In this document: positions 29,244 to 39,043 of the stretch, piece after piece
Layout: each line of letters begins with the position of its first letter
Numbering within the stretch: the first letter of the stretch is position 1
NCBI GenBank assembly: GCA_963675755.2
Contig: CAXXMD010000003.1
Coordinates: 1,440,001 to 1,504,000 of the forward strand
Length of the DNA: 64,000 bases
Source: a bacterium
GTDB taxonomy: Bacteria; Zhuqueibacterota; Zhuqueibacteria; Residuimicrobiales; Krinioviventaceae
Direction of reading: 5' to 3'
Program-made: the position numbers and the translations under genes
Notes under the pieces: generated by a model
Seen by the model: only the letters and a program-made list of their open reading frames with translations
Database searches by the model: none
Told to the model about the DNA's origin: nothing

Positions 29244-30182
29244 ATGCAAGTCAGATTTCTAATATTGTTATCCTTTTCACTGCTGCTTTTTTCATGCAGT
29301 TATCAACCGGTAAAGCAAGATACTGATCCCCCGGAAGTAAAAGCCCGGGTTGATTTTAACCGGCATACTGAAGGTGAAACGTATGGCAATGCCGATGTAA
29401 AACGGGATTTTGGATCGTTAAAATCGTGGGGTACCTATTGGCCGTTTCAGCGGGCACAGATTATTCAGGATAAAGATCCTGCCAGAGATAAAGTCTTGAT
29501 GGTGAAATATCCACATCGCCAGGTTCGGTCTTTGCGCTCAGGTGCTTCATGGTTCTGGAAACCCATTGAACCCACCTATGAAGCATTCTTGAGTTATTGG
29601 GTTTATTTTCCGGATACACTCGAATTCCGTGCCGGTGGTAAATTGCATGGTCTGGTTGGCGGAAAGGCCAATACCGGTGGCAACAAACCCACGGGTACAG
29701 ATGGATGGAGCTGCCGTATGCACTGGGGACCTGAAGACCAGATCAAGCTCTATGTATATCACAAAGACCAGATAAGCAAATGGGGAGATGTTTACTATTT
29801 CCAGCACAATCCCAAACCGCATGATGTAAGTGCCGGTGTAATGCCCAAAGTGGATAAAGAAGATTATATACATTTAACCAAAGGCGAGTGGCACCATATC
29901 TCAGTAAGGGTGGTAGTAAACAATATTGGTGCAAAGAATGGTATTGCACAGGCCTGGTACGATGGCAAGCTGGTTGTAGATCTACGGGGATTCGAATTCA
30001 GAGCATCTACGGTTCCTACAGACAAGCTATTGATCGATGGTGCGTATTTTTCTACGTTTTATGGTGGGCGTGACGAGCGTTATATGCCCGTCAAAGACGA
30101 GGTGATTTTATTTGACGACTTTGTGTTATCGGAAACCCAGATATGTCCTGAAGGGTTAGAGTGTGATTTCATACCGGAATGA
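29244..30182 (+). CDS. Polysaccharide lyase, PL14-like lipoprotein
   Basis: Lipobox FSC; GGKLHGL.GG, GWSCRMHW and FSTFYGG motifs. Confidence 0.8.
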   Translation: MQVRFLILLSFSLLLFSCSYQPVKQDTDPPEVKARVDFNRHTEGETYGNADVKRDFGSLKSWGTYWPFQRAQIIQDKDPARDKVLMVKYPHRQVRSLRSGASWFWKPIEPTYEAFLSYWVYFPDTLEFRAGGKLHGLVGGKANTGGNKPTGTDGWSCRMHWGPEDQIKLYVYHKDQISKWGDVYYFQHNPKPHDVSAGVMPKVDKEDYIHLTKGEWHHISVRVVVNNIGAKNGIAQAWYDGKLVVDLRGFEFRASTVPTDKLLIDGAYFSTFYGGRDERYMPVKDEVILFDDFVLSETQICPEGLECDFIPE

Positions 30183-30191
30183 TTTTTTTAA

Positions 30192-30222
30192 GAACGAGAC
30201 GGAGATAATCTCCGTCTCGTTC
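30192..30222. repeat. REP-like palindrome / bidirectional terminator between convergent genes
   Basis: GAACGAGACGGAGATAATCTCCGTCTCGTTC. Confidence 0.7.
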
Positions 30223-30238
30223 ATTATATTTATAATTA

Positions 30239-32248
30239 TTATAATCTCCACTTGATCTGTACAGCCCGCCCTTTTTCAGGTAAAACCTGTGGATAACTTT
30301 TACCTTGATAGGTTATTGTCGTTTTGCCGCCTTTTTGTGTAGGATCAGTTATCCACAAATTATTCTCATCCCAAATCATTATACAGGACTTTTCCACACA
30401 AGGGTATAATTTACTGCAAAAAGCAGGATCATACACCGCTGCCATATAAGTTCCATCAGAAAATTTGAGGATTTGGGCGGTTTCATCGTTTTGCAGCACT
30501 TGCCAGTCCGGCTTAGTTATCCACATTTTCATAGACGCTACATCTGTATTGGGGATAACTATATATCCTGATGCCTGAGGATTATCACCATGTAAAAGCT
30601 GCAGTTTAAACACATCTCCCGTGACTTTGGTAGAATCATACTGGATATTGATTCTACCCCAAGATCCGTCTACCTCGCCCGCGTGAATTGACAAATTTCC
30701 ATTAACTGGAATATAACCAATGCCATTATGCAGCACACAATCCATTTGTTCAACGATTATTTCAGAATTGACCGGTCGGTTTATTTTCCCATTTACTGCA
30801 TATACCAAATCGTCTTTGAGCCAGTTTTGTTCAAGGGTAGTAACCGGATTGGATAAATTATCTGCTTTTAGACCGCCAAGTAAACAAATCATTTTTCCAT
30901 CATGAAAAGCCCATAATTTATTAACAGACAATTCTCCGTTTTTACCTTTACGCAGGTACTGCATTGCAGTTACCCCGTCTTTTTCTCTACCAACACCTCC
31001 GCAAAAATCTGTTTGTATTTGCTTTGTACTGTCATCCACTACTGTTAATCCGGGTAAATGCTGCCAATCCCAAAGGGGTTGAATGTTACTATACTCTTTA
31101 CCGGACTGTAAAACATAATGGTCCCCGCAATTCAGATAGGGTTTGCCCAAAAGATTTTCACTGTTGGTAGTCTCGGTTAAAAGTGTGCGGGTAGAAACGG
31201 TTTTTAAAAATATACTACTCTTTGGTAAATGATAAACACTAAAATCCGCATCCGGAAAATGCTTATATCCGTATACTGCAGGAATACAGGTTTTACACGC
31301 GGTAATCAGTCTATCCAATTCTGTTTCATTTTTAGAATCTACTATTTTCCACATTTCCACTAAATTTAAAAAATAGGGTACGTGCAAACTGCCTTTCCGG
31401 CTTGCAGCCCGGTCCATAGTAGATGGGACCGTATCTAATCCCCGGCACATCCATTGCACTCCATTCAATATATAATTTGTAATGATCTGCTTTTTATCGT
31501 CCGGTATATCCCAGTCTGTTCCCTGTACCTGCCAGCCAAGTTTAACAATAACATCCAAATATGAAAATCCGTAATGAAATGTCTGTAAACGTTCATGATG
31601 CTGAAAAAAGCTCCAATCCTGTTGAATCCCTTCCGGCTTTGTATTCACTATTTCTCCCTCGATAGTAGAAAGTGCGAATTTTATCTGTTCTTCATTATTT
31701 GTCATACAGCCATGATGCAATGCCAGTTCAGAACTCCATATCAGGTTAGCTCCAGTCTTGTATATTTTCAGTTGATTCAGTACTTCCAGACATGCTTTAC
31801 GTTGCTCCCCTTTTAGGTCATCACCCAAAAAGATCACAATATCCCGCATGTTACGTGGAACACCGATCCGGTTGTGCCACCAGTTCTCGCATTGGTAACG
31901 TTGATCCGTCCAGTGCTTCAAGGCCAGCAACATCTTTTCAAGATATTCCTGGCGTTTTTCCTCAGGTAAACTGTTTTTTGCAAATGCTAAAGAGGTAAGC
32001 AAAATCCTGTGTAAATGATGGGCAGGTTTCCAATCCGATCGAGACTGATCTGTGTAATCGATATCCGGCCAGGTTCCATCAGGTAATAGAGTATTCATAT
32101 ATCCTGCAATTAACTGATTATCTGGAGTTGCACTATTATTTAACTGCAGCTCTCTGTATCGTTCAATCACAAGGTCTTTACTGTCTGTAGCATACAAGCT
32201 TACAGTAACCATAAAAAAAAGAATTATACTTTTCAGGCTGATTTGCAT
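30239..32248 (-). CDS. Polysaccharide lyase family 8 (chondroitin/hyaluronate lyase-like)
   Basis: DGTWPDIDY, NWWHNRIGVP, TGANLIW, GIQQDWSFFQH and WDWQHLPG motifs. Confidence 0.88.
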   Translation of the reverse strand: MQISLKSIILFFMVTVSLYATDSKDLVIERYRELQLNNSATPDNQLIAGYMNTLLPDGTWPDIDYTDQSRSDWKPAHHLHRILLTSLAFAKNSLPEEKRQEYLEKMLLALKHWTDQRYQCENWWHNRIGVPRNMRDIVIFLGDDLKGEQRKACLEVLNQLKIYKTGANLIWSSELALHHGCMTNNEEQIKFALSTIEGEIVNTKPEGIQQDWSFFQHHERLQTFHYGFSYLDVIVKLGWQVQGTDWDIPDDKKQIITNYILNGVQWMCRGLDTVPSTMDRAASRKGSLHVPYFLNLVEMWKIVDSKNETELDRLITACKTCIPAVYGYKHFPDADFSVYHLPKSSIFLKTVSTRTLLTETTNSENLLGKPYLNCGDHYVLQSGKEYSNIQPLWDWQHLPGLTVVDDSTKQIQTDFCGGVGREKDGVTAMQYLRKGKNGELSVNKLWAFHDGKMICLLGGLKADNLSNPVTTLEQNWLKDDLVYAVNGKINRPVNSEIIVEQMDCVLHNGIGYIPVNGNLSIHAGEVDGSWGRINIQYDSTKVTGDVFKLQLLHGDNPQASGYIVIPNTDVASMKMWITKPDWQVLQNDETAQILKFSDGTYMAAVYDPAFCSKLYPCVEKSCIMIWDENNLWITDPTQKGGKTTITYQGKSYPQVLPEKGRAVQIKWRL

Positions 32249-32355
32249 TAAAATCTCCTATCTGTTCGCGAATGAAAAAGATAAGAGAATATTGGCAGGA
32301 ATTCAATCCTTTTATTCAACAGTCCGGTTATGTATGGACTGTCATTTTCGTTACA

Positions 32356-32616
32356 CTACCATTTTTTGCCGTGACAGGAAAAGCAGGATACTCCCACATC
32401 TCCCCCTTTGAGATCAGAACCATGACAGGAGACACAGTTCTGTGGAGGATTCGATAGTCCGGTTTTATGCTTAACTCCATCTTTGTTTACTGTATGGTCC
32501 GAAGGCGCGTTACCACTGGATACCGGGTCTTTACCACAAGCCGTCAGAAACAGAAAAACAATCATTATCATATACAGTTTTTTTATCATGTTAAACATCC
32601 TCATTTTGTAAACCAT
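32356..32616 (-). CDS. Small diheme c-type cytochrome lipoprotein
   Basis: Lipobox LTAC; two CxxCH motifs (CVSCH, CFSCH); true start probably 32589 or 32598. Confidence 0.75.
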   Translation of the reverse strand: MVYKMRMFNMIKKLYMIMIVFLFLTACGKDPVSSGNAPSDHTVNKDGVKHKTGLSNPPQNCVSCHGSDLKGGDVGVSCFSCHGKKW

Positions 32617-32770
32617 ATGTATTAAAAGAAATTAATACAGGGATGTTCCTGTGTAATGATCCTGATAACTGAAACTGCATTAAAATGCAACTATATAAAA
32701 ATGAATAAAGAAAAAAGGTGTGTAAAGGAAAAACCCTGCATGATAAAAATATATCATGCAGGTAAACTTT

Positions 32771-33532
32771 TTATTCGGGATTACGCCAATACTCGCTGCC
32801 GTCACGTTTGCGTTGCAAAAACTTGTAATCTACCAGGTAGCGGCGCAGAGAAATTGGATCATGAAAGAGGCTGCCCAAAATTTCATTAACCTCTTTTTCA
32901 CGATAGATTTTACCGGAATTGAACTGCTGAGAAATATAATGAAAAACAATCAGTCTGGATTCCTGCTTGCGGGGAATGAGTTCAAGAAAACCGGATCCAT
33001 CCGGTTTGAAAAATCGTTTTCTGATCTTTTCCTCTTCCTGGGGATTAATCAGCAGTTTTTCCTGCAAAATTGATTTTTCTACAGGGATTTCCATATAATC
33101 CTCCTTGCTTTTATCTCTTTTTTCGAGCAGGTCCATAATAGATAAAAAGAGTTTAGCTTCTTTTTTCCGTTTTCTAAGCTGAAACCGGTGGTTACGGATG
33201 GTCGACGCAGATTTACCGCCCAGTTTCAGTGCGATCTGTTTGTCTGTAAATCCGTCATAGATTAGTTCAAGCAATTCCTGTTGGATATCAGAAAGACCGG
33301 TGTGTTCCTTGCCCAACCCTAGCAATTGGTGAAAAACTTCACCATGCGCCTGCTCTACATGATGCCTGACAGCCCGCTTTGCCGTTAGCCATTTTTCATT
33401 TACCGGGTAAACCATTCCTTTTTCAAAAACAACTGAGCAAAACAAGCACTGATACGTTTTGGTTGTATTGTTAAGAATATAGCCGTTTTTTAAATCGGTT
33501 ATGTCTAAATTTTCAATTAATTTATCTATCAT
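32771..33532 (-). CDS. DUF2087 domain protein with central HTH
   Basis: C-terminal YREKEVNEIL...DPISLRRYLVDYKFLQRKRDGSEYW; CLFC; STIRNHRF. Confidence 0.85.
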   Translation of the reverse strand: MIDKLIENLDITDLKNGYILNNTTKTYQCLFCSVVFEKGMVYPVNEKWLTAKRAVRHHVEQAHGEVFHQLLGLGKEHTGLSDIQQELLELIYDGFTDKQIALKLGGKSASTIRNHRFQLRKRKKEAKLFLSIMDLLEKRDKSKEDYMEIPVEKSILQEKLLINPQEEEKIRKRFFKPDGSGFLELIPRKQESRLIVFHYISQQFNSGKIYREKEVNEILGSLFHDPISLRRYLVDYKFLQRKRDGSEYWRNPE

Positions 33533-33662
33533 ATTATAAACAATATATAATATTATCTATTTAAATCCAAACAAAATTTATATTATTGAAAAATAATCTT
33601 GTTGAAATTCAATTGAATTTTATTTATGTTTGATAAAAGACAAAAATCAATCGGCAGGTGTT

Positions 33663-35015
33663 ATGAAAAGACGACAATTTATCAAATCCCTAAGTGTTCC
33701 CGCTGCGGCGGCATTAACCGTTCCTGGTAGTGAAAAGCTATTAGCAGATACCAGTAATGACAATCAAACTGTAACATTGACCAGGCAAATCCCGGTAAAA
33801 TATGATGTGGATATTGCCGTCATTGGCGGTGGTATTGCCGGGGTATCGGCAGCTTGCGCTGCGGCCAAATCCGGTGCCAGCGTTCTACTTGTTGAGCGTT
33901 TTGCCGTAACCGGTGGCATGCTTACCACAGGTGGTGTTGCAAACTTTTGCGGTCAGATGGAAAAACAGGGTGAGGTCTTTGAAACAATTCTCACCAATCT
34001 GCGTCAATTTAACGCCTTGGGAAACGAGACTAAAAAAAGCGTTTTTCATTACGAAATTCTTGCAATAGTATTGCAGGAAATGCTGCTAAAGCGCAATGTA
34101 AAACTGCTGCTTCACACCCGATTTATAGATGTAAATGTAAACGCTAAAGGGCAAATAAAAGAATGCATCATCTGCGGAAAAAGCGGTATACAAGCCATTC
34201 GGGCAAAACAGTTTATCGATTGCTCAGGTGAAGCAGACGTTGCACGCTATGCGGGATTTGAGACGATTAAAGGCGGTCCCAGCGGATACCAGCTGCCCAT
34301 GTCTATGATGTATTTTGTCCGTCATGTAAAACCCGAATTAGCAGAACCGCACCTACCCGACGGCTGGTTGAATCCTGTGCGTACCAAAGACGATTTGCCC
34401 ATGACCAGCATCTGGCCCGACGGTCCCGGTGGAAATTCTATCAAGATCAAGGTCCCCATGTTTGATTCCACAGATACAGAATCCATGACTGCTGCCGAAA
34501 TACAGGGGCGCCGGCGCATGATGGAGGTAATGGATTATCATCAACGGGTAGAAAACAAACCCTGGCGCCTTGATCATTGCAGCCCCATTATTGGTACTCG
34601 TGAAGGCTGTCGTATCAAGGGTGATTATGTGCTGAACGTGGATGACCTGCGTGCTGGTCGTGCGTTTGACGATGGTGTGGCGCGTGGTACTTTTTATCTG
34701 GACGGTCATAAACCCGATGATGACAAACGTACCTACATACTCCCAAAAGACGAATTAGAGGTACCTCCCTATCAGATCCCTTTGCGCAGCCTTATTGCTC
34801 AAGACGGATCAAATCTGATGATGGCAGGACGGTGTTTTTCAGCTGATCAGTTAGCACTGTCATCCGCAAGAGTCAGTACTTCCGGTTCTATGATGGGCCA
34901 GGCTGCCGGCATTACTGCTGCCCTGTGCGTACAGAAAAATTGCAATCCCCGCGATATTGACCCTCTAGATGTCATAAAAATTGTTACCGCTCGCGGAGCA
35001 GATTTAGCGGTATAA
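33663..35015 (+). CDS. FAD-dependent oxidoreductase, Tat-exported
   Basis: KRRQF Tat motif; GGGIAG; IDCSGEAD; YQIPLRSL; AGRCFSAD. Confidence 0.9.
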   Translation: MKRRQFIKSLSVPAAAALTVPGSEKLLADTSNDNQTVTLTRQIPVKYDVDIAVIGGGIAGVSAACAAAKSGASVLLVERFAVTGGMLTTGGVANFCGQMEKQGEVFETILTNLRQFNALGNETKKSVFHYEILAIVLQEMLLKRNVKLLLHTRFIDVNVNAKGQIKECIICGKSGIQAIRAKQFIDCSGEADVARYAGFETIKGGPSGYQLPMSMMYFVRHVKPELAEPHLPDGWLNPVRTKDDLPMTSIWPDGPGGNSIKIKVPMFDSTDTESMTAAEIQGRRRMMEVMDYHQRVENKPWRLDHCSPIIGTREGCRIKGDYVLNVDDLRAGRAFDDGVARGTFYLDGHKPDDDKRTYILPKDELEVPPYQIPLRSLIAQDGSNLMMAGRCFSADQLALSSARVSTSGSMMGQAAGITAALCVQKNCNPRDIDPLDVIKIVTARGADLAV

Positions 35016-35033
35016 GAGAATTTTCATCTTGCA

Positions 35034-35064
35034 TTGTGAGGCAGAATTAATTTCTGTCTCACAA
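35034..35064. repeat. Dispersed REP-like palindrome (variant)
   Basis: TTGTGAGGCAGAATTAATTTCTGTCTCACAA. Confidence 0.6.
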
Positions 35065-35150
35065 AATACTACACCATTTTCAGGAACCCTTTCCGTCTTT
35101 AAAAGTTTAAACCATTATAATTCCATATTATTTACAATCAGGGGAAAAAA

Positions 35151-35660
35151 ATGAAAAACACAATAATTCTTTGTATAGGTACATGTTTACTCGTTTCTAC
35201 CATGGCTTTTTCTGCTCCATTTTCAAAATCATCTAAACTCATAGATGGAAAAAGCGATCTCCGTTTTAGTATTAATGATGATTACAAGGATATAAACCTG
35301 GGTACTTCGGTTGCTTATTTTATCAATAACCAGGTCGCTTTGGGTGGTATAGTAAATATTGATTACTATACCAGAAAAAATTGGGATTATACATTTTATG
35401 GTTTGGGGCCAATCCTCTATTTTTTCTGGGAACGAACACCCAACAAAACTTATCCCTATATCAGTGGCAGTATAACTGTTAACGGTAATTCTAATAACGA
35501 TAATTCATCTACAAACCTAAGCCTTTCCGCGGGTATTGCATATATGCTCAACTCTGCAATAGCCCTGTCTCCGGAATTGTATTTTTCAAATGTTTCTTCA
35601 GATGGATCAGGTGACACAGTTTTTGGAATTCAAATGGGAATTACCGGCTTTTTGAAATAA
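35151..35660 (+). CDS. Outer-membrane beta-barrel protein
   Basis: Signal peptide; alternating amphipathic strands; aromatic residue near the C-terminus. Confidence 0.7.
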   Translation: MKNTIILCIGTCLLVSTMAFSAPFSKSSKLIDGKSDLRFSINDDYKDINLGTSVAYFINNQVALGGIVNIDYYTRKNWDYTFYGLGPILYFFWERTPNKTYPYISGSITVNGNSNNDNSSTNLSLSAGIAYMLNSAIALSPELYFSNVSSDGSGDTVFGIQMGITGFLK

Positions 35661-35680
35661 AAACATCCTTTACCCCTTTC

Positions 35681-35722
35681 AAACCGTGGATGAATTATTT
35701 AACCCATTTCATCCACGGTTTT
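35681..35722 (+). terminator. Terminator hairpin
   Basis: AAACCGTGGATGAA...TTCATCCACGGTTTT. Confidence 0.7.
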
Positions 35723-35822
35723 TCTCTATCCCTTTCTGTTTATATTTCTCTCTTTTTTATTTTTCTGTTGCATCCTTTACTTGTAACAATTATACTATAA
35801 TTATTCGTAGAGGAGATAAAAC

Positions 35823-37100
35823 ATGAAACGTTCTTACATACTTTTAATTACTGCTTTAGCTCTGGGACTCACATGGGCGTTACGCGGTCACTTTGGTCAT
35901 GAATACGGCGCCGCCTGGGCCGGTAGTATTGGCGCAATGGCACTGATCATCGCCAGCCGACGTAAAGACTGGCTGCAAAACCTTCCCGCTATTGCCCTGT
36001 TGGCAGGACTTGGCTGGGGTGTTGGCGGTATGATGAGTTACGGCATTGTAGTAGGTTACGGTCGCAGCACAGACTTTTTCAATGCCTGGTACGGTCTGGT
36101 TATGTTGGGCGTGATTGGTGGTTTGTACGGATATATAGGTGGTGGTCTGTTAGGGTTAGGACTGGAAACCCGTAAAGACCACAAGCCCAACTGGGCAACG
36201 TTGATCACTGAAATGGTAGCTATCGGATTGTTGGTATGGGCCATCATTATTTATCAGTTTGAATGGAATATGACTCCTCCCCGTTCAGAAGCATGGGCTA
36301 TGACTCTGGGTGCCGCTCTTGCACTGGCATGGTATTGTCAGCGTAATGGTTTTGGTAACACGTTGGTAGTAGCCGGGTATTCTGCTTTAGGTGCTGGCTT
36401 TGGTTTTGCCTTTGGCAACTTTTTGCAGGTGCTTGGTGCTACATCCGGGATTTCCTTTAACTGGTGGAACGTTATGGAATTTTCACTGGGCTTTTTCGGA
36501 GGTTTGGGTATGGCCTATGGTGTAACCCGACGACAATGGCCGGAAATTCCACCGCTTTCAAAACGGGTTAACATGTGGGCACTAATTGGCATGGTTGGTA
36601 TTCTTCCGGGTATTAATGTTATTCATGCTTTTCACTGGAACCGCCTGGAAAACATGGCAGAACATTTACAGAAAACAGATATTAGCGGCTTTGTTATGGG
36701 TCAACGCATTCTGGGATGGGATATTGTTGTCATCTCTACCATAATAGCGGTTATCCTTTGGAAACGCTATGAAAAACAGACCGAGAAAAATCCCGAATAT
36801 CTCTTTACAATGTTTTTAATTACTTCAATAGCATATATACTAATGAGTCATATTGTTACCGGTTTTTTCTATGGGATGACAGGCTTGAACCATTATTTGT
36901 ATTGGGTTGTCTTGTTCATCACGCTGTTGATTTGGAAAATCAAAGGCAGTTCTAAAATATATGAATTTGAACATTATCCCAAAGAATCAGCTCTGCGCTG
37001 GGGAATTATAATTCCGGTGATAATCGCTATCATTGCCATACTTGCACTGATAGCCATCTCTGTTCATGGAGAGCTTCCCGGTTCACATAACCGGTTTTAA
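35823..37100 (+). CDS. Polytopic membrane protein of unknown function
   Basis: Many Gly-rich TM segments; RG.FGHE.GAAWAG N-terminal motif; RBS GAGGAG. Confidence 0.75.
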   Translation: MKRSYILLITALALGLTWALRGHFGHEYGAAWAGSIGAMALIIASRRKDWLQNLPAIALLAGLGWGVGGMMSYGIVVGYGRSTDFFNAWYGLVMLGVIGGLYGYIGGGLLGLGLETRKDHKPNWATLITEMVAIGLLVWAIIIYQFEWNMTPPRSEAWAMTLGAALALAWYCQRNGFGNTLVVAGYSALGAGFGFAFGNFLQVLGATSGISFNWWNVMEFSLGFFGGLGMAYGVTRRQWPEIPPLSKRVNMWALIGMVGILPGINVIHAFHWNRLENMAEHLQKTDISGFVMGQRILGWDIVVISTIIAVILWKRYEKQTEKNPEYLFTMFLITSIAYILMSHIVTGFFYGMTGLNHYLYWVVLFITLLIWKIKGSSKIYEFEHYPKESALRWGIIIPVIIAIIAILALIAISVHGELPGSHNRF

Positions 37101-37220
37101 AATATAAAAATCAGAATATATTGATAAACTTTGAGTGAATGATTTGCCTTTATATGAAGAGTTGAATATCCTTATCATATAAAGGCTGCGCACTCTTGCA
37201 TTTCAACAAGAGGATTTCAA

Positions 37221-38603
37221 ATGGACCGCAGACACTTTATGAAAACTATGGGTGCGGGTCTGGCGATGTCTACCATTCCTGCAATTGCTAAAGCAGCATC
37301 TACTCCTCCAATTAATCGACCCAATATCATTTTCATCATGGCAGATGACCTGGGCTATGGCGATCTGGGTTGCTATGGACAGAAAATGATTCAAACCCCC
37401 AATATTGACAAACTCGCGCAACAGGGCACACGGTTTACCCAGGCGTATGCCGGATCAACAGTATGTGCACCTTCGCGCTGCAGTCTAATGACCGGAAAGC
37501 ATAATGGCCATAACCGTGTCAGAGACAATTTACCTCACGGTGTATTTTTACAGCCGGATGATTTTACCATAGCGGAATTAATGAAACAGGCAGGTTATCG
37601 TACCGGTGGAATCGGCAAGTGGAGCCTGGGGAATCCCGGTTCATGGGGTGTTGCCAACATGCAGGGTTTTGATGATTTCCTGGGCCACCTCAACCAGGAC
37701 CAGGCGCATTTCTACTATCCCGATTACTTGTGGGAGAACGATCAGGTTCGCCTGCTTTTTGGTAACCGAGCTGAAGCCAAAAAAGAGTATACACACGATC
37801 TGTTTACCGAACATGCACTATCTTTTATAGACATACATCAGCAGCACCCGTTTTATCTATACCTGGCTTATACCATTCCGCACTATTCAGATTATCCCGA
37901 CGATACGCCGGAACATTACATCGTTCCCGATGACGCACCTTATACAAACAAAGACTGGCCGCAGATTGAGAAAAACTATGCTGCCATGATCTCACGTATG
38001 GATAAAGATGTGGGTAAAATAATGGAACAGATCAAATCCCTGGGTCTTGAAGAAAACACCCTGATCATATTCACCAGCGATAATGGTCCCTATAACGGCA
38101 GCAGTCTGCACGATGCAGAATTTTTCAGCAGCAACGGTCCACTCAAAGGATATAAACGCGACATGTACGAAGGTGGAATCCGCATCCCCTTTATTGCACG
38201 TTGGAAAAACAAAGTGCCTGCAGGTAAAACATCGGACCAGGTCTTTGCCTTTTGGGATATGCTGCCAACCTTTGCGGAGGTGGTAGGAATTGATCCGCCC
38301 CAAAATATGGACGGCTTTAGCGTACTCCCGGCCCTGCTTGGTAAAGAACAAAAACAACAACACAAATATCTATATTGGGATTATGGTCACGTTCGGGATA
38401 ATTTCATGCAGGCCGTACGTTCAGGAAAATGGAAAGGTATACGACAAAGCGCCCATGCACCACTCGAGTTGTACGATCTGGATAAAGATCTGGGTGAGGA
38501 AAACAACATCGCCTCACAACACCCGGATGTGGTTAAACAGCTTGAAGGATATATGAAAGAAGCGTTGGTGCCGAGTAAGGATTATCCGATTAAAACGCTA
38601 TAA
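37221..38603 (+). CDS. Arylsulfatase (formylglycine-dependent), Tat-exported
   Basis: DRRHF; PNIIFIMADDLG; CAPSR; FTSDNG; YEGGIRIP. Confidence 0.95.
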   Translation: MDRRHFMKTMGAGLAMSTIPAIAKAASTPPINRPNIIFIMADDLGYGDLGCYGQKMIQTPNIDKLAQQGTRFTQAYAGSTVCAPSRCSLMTGKHNGHNRVRDNLPHGVFLQPDDFTIAELMKQAGYRTGGIGKWSLGNPGSWGVANMQGFDDFLGHLNQDQAHFYYPDYLWENDQVRLLFGNRAEAKKEYTHDLFTEHALSFIDIHQQHPFYLYLAYTIPHYSDYPDDTPEHYIVPDDAPYTNKDWPQIEKNYAAMISRMDKDVGKIMEQIKSLGLEENTLIIFTSDNGPYNGSSLHDAEFFSSNGPLKGYKRDMYEGGIRIPFIARWKNKVPAGKTSDQVFAFWDMLPTFAEVVGIDPPQNMDGFSVLPALLGKEQKQQHKYLYWDYGHVRDNFMQAVRSGKWKGIRQSAHAPLELYDLDKDLGEENNIASQHPDVVKQLEGYMKEALVPSKDYPIKTL

Positions 38604-38966
38604 ACGACGGGATATCTTGTTCATGATCCACCATTTGGTATCTATCTTCATCAGTGTGAAATAGACAAGGTATCCAAATTTCTGGTTTTCAATGGTCAAT
38701 TTAACTGATGCTAAATGACCGTCAATATCAATTGAATGAAAATTAGTACTCCATTTCAATTTTTTATCCGCAAATTTAGGATCATACCAGGAAAGATAGG
38801 TGCGCTTGTCTGCAACCTGAAGGTCCCCTTCTTCATCAAGGTAAAATAATTTCCACTGGTCATGCAGGATCTGATCAAATTTATCGGGATCAGATTCTTC
38901 ATGCCCCTTGTGATAAAACGATAATATCACATCCTTTATCAGATCACTTTCAATATCCGGATGCAT
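38598..38966 (-). CDS. NTF2-like / lumazine-binding family protein
   Basis: SIDIDGHLASVK...TLMKIDTKWWIMNK. Confidence 0.75.
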   Translation of the reverse strand: MHPDIESDLIKDVILSFYHKGHEESDPDKFDQILHDQWKLFYLDEEGDLQVADKRTYLSWYDPKFADKKLKWSTNFHSIDIDGHLASVKLTIENQKFGYLVYFTLMKIDTKWWIMNKISRRL

Positions 38967-39043
38967 AACAACACCTCACATCTACTAATCTACACTAATT
39001 CTAAATACAAAATAAAAGTGTTTTTCGCAGAAACAGAATACGC

